A stretch of 64,000 bases of DNA from the human T2T-CHM13v2.0 reference genome, Homo sapiens, in NCBI RefSeq assembly GCF_009914755.1, contig NC_060940.1. The stretch is one strand, 5' to 3'. The notes under the pieces were generated by a model. It did not search any database. It had not been told where the DNA came from and was given only the letters and a program-made list of their open reading frames with translations. Shown here one piece after another: positions 56,889 to 64,000 of the stretch (the stretch's first letter is position 1; the number at the start of each line of letters is the position of its first letter). Made by a program: the position numbers and the translations under genes.

Positions 56889-59800
56889 TCAACGATGATT
56901 TGATTCGTGTCCGTTCGATGATTCCATTTGATTCCACTTGATGATGATTCCATTCGAGTCCATTTGATGATTCCATTCAATACCATTCTCCGATGATTTC
57001 TTTTGAGCCCACTCAATGCTTCCACTCGATTCCATATGATGATGACTCCATTCGATGAAATTCGATGATGATTCCATTCGCTTGCATTCGATGATGATTC
57101 CACTTGAGTCCGTTAGAAGATTCTATTCAATTACATTCCATGACGATTCCGTTCGAGTCCATTTGATGATTCCATTAGACTCCATTCGACGATGATTCCA
57201 TTCGATGTTATTCGATGATTCCATTCGATCTCATTCGATGATGATTCCATTCAACTCCATTCGATGTTTCCATTCGAGTTCATTCTATTATTCCATTAGA
57301 TTCCATTCGATGATGATTCCATTCGATTCCGTTTGATGATTGCATTCTATTTCATTTGATGATGATTCCATTCGAGTCCACTCAATGACTCCATTCGAGT
57401 CCATTTAATGAATCCATTGGTTTCAATTCTATGATGATTACATTGGATTCCATTCGTTGATGATTTCATTCGGTTCCATTCAATGATGATTCCATTCAAT
57501 TCCTTTCAATGTTTCCATTCAATTCCATACGATGATGATTCCATTTGATTTGATTCGACAGTGAGCCATTCGATTCAATTCCATGATGATTCTATTTGAT
57601 TCAATTGGTTGACATTTCCATTCGATTCCATTCGATGATGATTCCCTTTGATTCCATTCAAAGATGATTCCATTCTAGCCCATTCAATCATTCCATTCGA
57701 TTCTATTCAATGATGATTCCATTCATGTCGATTTGGTGATTCCATTTGACTTCATTTGATGATGATTCCTTTCAAGTTCATTAGATGATTCCATTCGATT
57801 CCATTTGATGATGATTCCATTCCATTCCATTCAATGATTCCATTCGATTCCGTTTGATGATGATTTCATTCGAGTCCATTTGATGATTCCATTTGATTCC
57901 ATTCGATGATGATTCCATTCGAGTCCATTTGATGATTCCATTTGATTCCATTTGATTATGATTCTACTAGAGTCCATTCAATGACTCCATTCGAATCCAT
58001 TCAACAATTCCATTCGAGTCCATTCGATGATTCCATTTCATGATTCCATTCGAGTCCATTTAATCATTACAGTCAAGTCCGTTTGGTGATTCCACTGGAT
58101 TTCTTTTGATAATGATACCATTCAATTACATTTGATGATGATCCCATTCAATTTCATTTGATGGTGATTCCATTAGAGTCCATTCGATGATTTCATTCGA
58201 GTCCCTTCTTTGATTCCATCCGATTTCATTTGATGATGACTCCATTCGAGTTCATTCGATGATTCCACTCGATTCCATTAGATGATTCCATTGGAGTCCA
58301 TTTCATTGTTCCATTCGATTCCATTCGATTCCTTTCAAAGATTATTCCATTTGAGTCCATTCGATGATGATTCCATTCCATTCCATTCGATGATTCCGTT
58401 TGATTCCATTTGATGATTCCCTTCGATTCCTTTCTTTGATGATTCCATTCCATTCCATTCAATGATTCCATTCGAATCTATTCCATGATGATTCCTTGCG
58501 ATTCCATTCGCTGATGTTTCCCTTCAATTCCATTCGATGATGATTCCATTCGATTCCATTCATTGAGGATTCCATTTGATTCCATTCAATGATGATTCCG
58601 TTCTATTCCATTCAATGATTGCATTCAATTCCATTCAATGATTATCCCCTTAGAGTAAACTCAACGATTCCATTCAATACCATTCGATGATGATTCCTTT
58701 TGAGTCCATTCAATGATTTCATTCAAGTCCATTTGATGAGTCCTTTCAATTCCATTCTATGATGATTCCATTCGAGTCCATTCGATGATTCCATTCAATT
58801 GCATTCGATGATTCCATTATATTCCAGTCAACGATGATTCCATTCGAGTCCATTCGATGATTCCATTAGAGTACATTTAATGATTGCTTTGTTTTCAATT
58901 CGAAGATGATTACATTGGATTCCATTCTATGATACCATTCGATTCCATTCAATGATGATTCCACTCAAATCCATTGGATGATTCCATTCGTGTCCGTTCG
59001 GTGATTTCATTAGATTCCATTCGAGGATGATTCCATTCGATTCCATTCGATGATGATTCCATTCCAGTCCATATGATCATTCCATTTGATTTCATTCGAT
59101 GATGATTCCATTCGATTCCATTCGATGATTCCATTCTATTCCATTCGATGATGATTCCATTCGAGTCCATTCGATGATTCCATTCGAGTCCATTTAATGA
59201 TTCCATTGGGTTCAATTCAATGATGATTACATTGGATTCCGTTCTATGATTCCATTCAATTCCGTTCATTGACAATTTGATTCCATTCGATGATGATTCC
59301 ATTCGAGTCCATTTGATGATTCCATTCAATTCAAGTCAATGATGATTCCATTCGATTCCATTCGATGATTCCATTGGATTCCATTCGATGATGATTCCAT
59401 TCAAATCCATTCGATAATTCAATTCAAGTCCATTCGATGATGATTCCAATCGAATCCATTCAAAGATTCCATTCAGTTCCATTCGATGATTCCCTTAGAT
59501 TCCATTCGATGATTCCACTTGATTGCATTTACGATGATTCCATTCGATTCCATGTGATGATTCCATTCAATTGTATTCAATGATGTCTCCATTTGATTCC
59601 ATTCGACCATGATTGCCTTTGATTCCATTCAATGATTCCATTCGGTTCCGTTTGATGATGATTCCGTTCGATTCCATTTGATGATTCCATTTGATTCCAT
59701 TGGATGAGTCCATTCGATTACATTCGATGATTATTCCATTCGAGTGCATTAGATGATTCCATTCGAGTCCATTCGATGATTCCATTCGATTCCATTCGAT

Positions 59801-60066
59801 GTTGATTCTGTTCAAATCCATTCGATGATTCCACTCGATTCCATTCGTTGACTCCATTTGATCCCATTCGATGATTTCCTTTGATTCCCTTTGATGATCA
59901 TTCCATTTGATTCAATTCGGTGATTTCATTTGATTCCATTCAGTGATGTTTCCATTCGACTCCATTCGATGATGATTCCATTCGACTCCATTCGATTATG
60001 ATTTCATTCAATTCCATTCGATAATGATTCCCTTCGAGTCCATTCGATGATTCCATTCGATTCCAT
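56889..60066 (+). repeat. 3178-bp double-deletion unit (755 bp and ~2096 bp deletions, plus 23 bp)
   Basis: Junctions at ~57920 and ~59295; relative to the 6052-bp unit, 6052-755-2096-23=3178. Confidence 0.87.
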
Positions 60067-63000
60067 TCAACGATGATTTGATTCGTGTCCATTCGATGAT
60101 TCCATTTGATTCCACTTGATGATGATTCCATTCGAGTCCATTTGATGATTCCATTCAATTCCATACTCCGATGATTTCTTTTGAGCCCACTCAATGCTTC
60201 CACTCGATTCCATATGATGATGACTCCATTCGATGAAATTCGATGATGATTCCATTCGCTTGCTTTCGATGATGATTCCACTTGAGTCTGTTAGAAGATT
60301 CTATTCAATTACATTCCATGACGATTCCGTTCGAGTCCATTTGATGATTCCATTAGACTCCATTCGACGATGATTCCATTCGATGTTATTCGATGATTCC
60401 ATTCGATCTCATTCGATGATGATTCCATTCAACTCCATTCGATGTTTCCATTCGAGTTCATTCTATTATTCCATTAGATTCCATTCGATGATGATTCCAT
60501 TCCATTCCACTTGATGATTGCATTCTATTTCATTTGATGATGATTCCATTCGAGTCCACTCGATGATTCCATTCGAGTCCATTTAATGAATCCATTGGTT
60601 TCAATTCTATGATGATTACATTGGATTCCATTCGTTGATGATTTCATTCGGTTCCATTCAATGATGATTCCATTCAATTCCTTTCAATGTTTCCATTCAA
60701 TTCCATACGATGATGATTCCATTTGATTTGATTCGACAGTGAGCCATTCGATTCAATTCCATGATGATTCTATTTGATTCAATTGGTTGACATTTCCATT
60801 CGATTCCATTCGATGATGATTCCCTTTGATTCCGTTCAAAGATGATTCCATTCTAGACCATTCAATCATTCCATTCGATTCTATTCAATGATGATTCCAT
60901 TCATGTCGATTTGGTGATTCCATTTGACTTCATTTGATGATGATTCCTTTCAAGTTCATTAGATGATTCCATTCGATTCCATTTGATGATGATCCCATTC
61001 TAGTCCATTCAGTGATTCCATTCATTTCCATTCCATGATGATTCCATTTCTTTCCATTCAATGATTCCATTCGATTCCGTTTGATGATGATTTCATTCGA
61101 GTCCATTTGATGATTCCATTTGATTCCATTCGATGATGATTCCATTCGAGTCCATTCGATGATTCTATTCGAATCCATTTGATGATTTCTTTTGATTATA
61201 TTTGGTGATGATTCCATTGGAGTCCATTCAATGATTCCATTCTATTCCAATCGATGATGATTCCATTAGAGTCCATTTAATGATTCCATTTGATTCCAGT
61301 CTCTGATGATTACATTCGAGTCCATACGATGATTCCACTCAATTCCATATGATGATGATTCCATTTGATTCCATTCGGTGATTCCATTCTATTCTATTCA
61401 ATGGTGATTCCATTCGAGTACATTAGATGATTCCATTCGATTCCATTCAATGATGATTCTATTTGTGTCCCTTAGATGATTCCACATGATTCCATTAGAT
61501 GATGATACTATTTGAGCCCATCCAATGATTCCCTTCGATTCCATTCGATGAGGATTCCATTCGATTCAATTCTTTGGTGATTCTATTCAATTCAATTCTT
61601 TGATTCCATTCCATTCCATTCGACAATGATTCCATTCGATTTCTTTCGATGATTCCACTCGATTCCACTTGACATTGATTCCATTCGATTCCATTCAATG
61701 ATTCCATTTGATTCCAGTGGATGATGATTGCCATCGATTCCATTCGATCACTCCATTCTATTCCATTTGATGATGATTACATTCGATTCCATTTGATGAT
61801 TCCATCTGATTCTATTCGAGGATTCCATTTGATTCCATTCGATGATGATTCCATTCGAGTCCATTCGATGATTTCATTCGAGTACATCCAATGATTCCAT
61901 TCGAGTCCATTAGATGATTCCATTTGATTCCATTTGAAAATGATTCTACTAGAGTCCATTCAATGACTCCATTCGAGTCCATTCAACAATTCCATTCGAC
62001 TCCATTCGATGATTCCATTCGATTCCATTTGATGGTTCCATTCGAGTCCATTTAATCATTACAGTCGAGTCCATTTGGTGATTCCACTGGATTTCTTTTG
62101 ATAATGATACCATTCAATTACATTTGATGATGATCCCATTCAATTTCATTTGATGATGATTCCATTAGAGTCCATTCGATGATTTCATTCGAGTCCCTTC
62201 ATTGATTCCATCCGATTTCATTGGATGATGACTCCATTCGAGTCCATTCGATGATTCCACTCGATTCCATTAGATGACTCCATTGGAGTCCATTTGATTG
62301 TTCCATTCGATTCCATTCGATTCCTTTCGAAGATTATTCCATTTGAGTCCATTCGATGATGATTCCATTCCATTCCATTCGATGATTCCGTTTGATTCCA
62401 TTCGATGATTCCCTTCGATTCCTTTCTTTGATGATTCCATTCCATTCCATTCAATGATTCCATTCGAATCTATTCCATGATGATTCCTTTCGATTCCATT
62501 CGCTGATGTTTCCGTTCAATTCCATTCGATGATGATTCCATTCGATTCCATTCATTGAGGATTCCATTTGATTCCATTCAATGATGATTCCATTCTATTC
62601 CATTCAATGATTGCATTCAATTCCATTCAATGATTATCCCATTAGAGTAAACTCAACGATTCCATTCAATACCATTCGATGATGATTCCTTTTGAGTCCA
62701 TTCAATGATTCCTTTTGAGTCCATTCAATGATTCCTTTCAATTCCATTCTATGATGATTCCATTCGAGTCCATTCGATGATTCCATTCGATTGCATTCGA
62801 TGATTCCATTATATTCCATTCAACGGTGATTCCATTCGAGTCCATTCCATGATTCCATTAGAGTACATTTAATGATTGCTTTGTTTTCAATTCGAAGATG
62901 ATTACATTGGATTCCATTCTATGATACCATTCGATTCCATTCAATGATGATTCCACTCAAATCCATTGGATGATTCCATTCGTGTCCATTCGGTGATTTC

Positions 63001-64000
63001 ATTAGATTCCATTCGAGGATGATTCCATTCGATTCCATTCGATGATTCCATTCAATTCCATTCGATGATGATTCCATTCCAGTCCATATGATCATTCCAT
63101 TTGATTTCATTCGATGATGATTCCATTCGATTCCATTCGACGATTCCATTCTATTCCATTCGATGATGATTCCATTCGAGTCCATTCGATCAATCCATTC
63201 GAGTCCATTTAATGATTCCATTGGGTTCAATTCAATGATGATTACTTTGGATTCCGTTCTATGATTCCATTCAATTCCGTTCATTGACAATTTGATTCCA
63301 TTCGATGATGATTTCATTTGAGTTCATTCGATGATTCTATTCGATTCTCTTCGATGGTGATTCAATTCTATTATATTGGATGATTCCATTCGATTCCATT
63401 TGATGTTGATTCAATTCGATTCTATTCGATGATGATTCCATTGGATTTCACTTGATGATTCTATTCGATTCCATTCAATGATGATTCACTTCTCGTCCAT
63501 TGGATGATTCCATTTCATTCCATTCGATGATGATTCCATTCGATTCCATTCGATGATTCCATTTGATTCCATGCGACGGTGAGCAATTCGATTCAATTCC
63601 ATGATGATTCTATTTGATTCAATTAGATGATGTTTCCATTCGAATCCATTCCATGATTATTCCATTGGAATCCATTCGGCGATGATTCCATATGAGTCAA
63701 TTCAATGATGATTCCATATGGGTCCGTTCGATGATAATTCCATTTGATTTCATTCGATGCTTCTATTCTATTCCAGTCGATGATGATTCCGTTGGAGTCC
63801 ATACGATGATTCCATTTGATTTCATTTGATGATGATTCCATTCGATGATGATTACATTGGATTCCATTCTATGATTCCATTCAATTCCATTCGTTGATGA
63901 TTCGATTCCATTCAATGATGATTCCATTTGAGTTCATTCGATGATTCTATTCGATTCCGTTCGATGGTGATTCAATTCTATTATATTGGATGATTCCACT
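60067..64000 (+). repeat. Full-length-type unit truncated by the window end
   Basis: Anchor spacings equal those of the 6131-bp unit (60067 to 62919 = 28764 to 31616 = 2852). It shares TTGAAAATGATT (30631/61934) and enters the 478-bp segment at ~63945. Confidence 0.88.

Larger units (their letters stand above)
1..64000 (+). repeat. Human satellite 2 (HSat2/HSATII) pericentromeric array; ~6.1-kb higher-order unit suggests the HSat2B subfamily (chr16q11.2-like)
   Basis: Every line consists of CATTC/GATTC-derived pentamers with the HSat2 signature CATTCGATTC and TTCGATGATGATTCC, CGAGTCC and many TCGA sites; long pure (CATTC)n runs typical of HSat3 are absent. The CATTC strand is on + throughout. 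Subfamily and chromosome are inferred from recalled literature on the 6.1-kb HSat2B periodicity, with lower confidence (~0.65). Confidence 0.98.

Noticed and set aside
310-63841. Numerous 60-132 aa minus-strand ORFs (MESSSNGIEWNHRM-like)
   Set aside because: These are translations of the GAATG/GAATC strand, which is ATG-rich and stop-poor. They are low-complexity, overlap in several frames, recur with the repeat period, and are freely broken by SNPs and indels between copies, so there is no coding evidence.
1-64000. CRISPR-like array suggested by 23-26-bp repeats
   Set aside because: There are no unique spacers, leader or cas genes; the sequence between repeats is the same satellite.
1-64000. 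HSat3 or alpha satellite assignment; HSF1 stress-body array
   Set aside because: Pure CATTC runs are only ~3 copies long and GATGAT/CGAGTC monomers dominate, which indicates HSat2. No 171-bp period or CENP-B box is seen.
1-64000. 1.8-kb HSat2A periodicity (chr1/chr10 type)
   Set aside because: Rare markers recur at ~6.1 kb or its deletion derivatives, not at 1.8 kb.
1-64000. A novel programmed rearrangement or diversity-generating system
   Set aside because: Junctions lie in ordinary satellite homologies, with no dedicated recombination signal, enzyme gene or inverted repeats. Unequal exchange and homology-directed repair suffice to explain them.

Overview
The whole 64 kb window is one uninterrupted array of pericentromeric Human Satellite 2 (HSat2/HSATII), built from diverged CATTC/GATTC pentamers in 23/26-bp monomers (CATTCGATGATGATTCCATTCGAGTC-like). 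It lies in a single orientation, with the CATTC strand on +. I see no genes, RNA genes, transposons or CRISPR arrays, and all ORFs in the track are translations of the satellite. The structure lies at higher order. An anchor (left end of the 'MESSSNFIEW' pseudo-ORF) recurs at 1410, 5863, 10316, 14769, 19219, 22712, 28764, 34895, 39480, 45483, 51601, 54680, 56889 and 60067. This gives unit lengths of 4453, 4453, 4453, 4450, 3493, 6052, 6131, 4585, 6003, 6118, 3079, 2209 and 3178 bp. The full-length ~6.1-kb unit fits the HSat2B subfamily typical of 16q11.2 (inference; not searched). The shorter units are homology-mediated deletion derivatives whose lengths I could reconcile arithmetically from visible junctions. 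Other structure includes a recently amplified 4.45-kb variant unit, a ~16.7-kb tandem super-duplication, a 413-bp internal duplication and one DUX4-consensus motif per unit retaining that segment. I found no evidence for a novel gene-encoded system; the findings concern satellite structural evolution.
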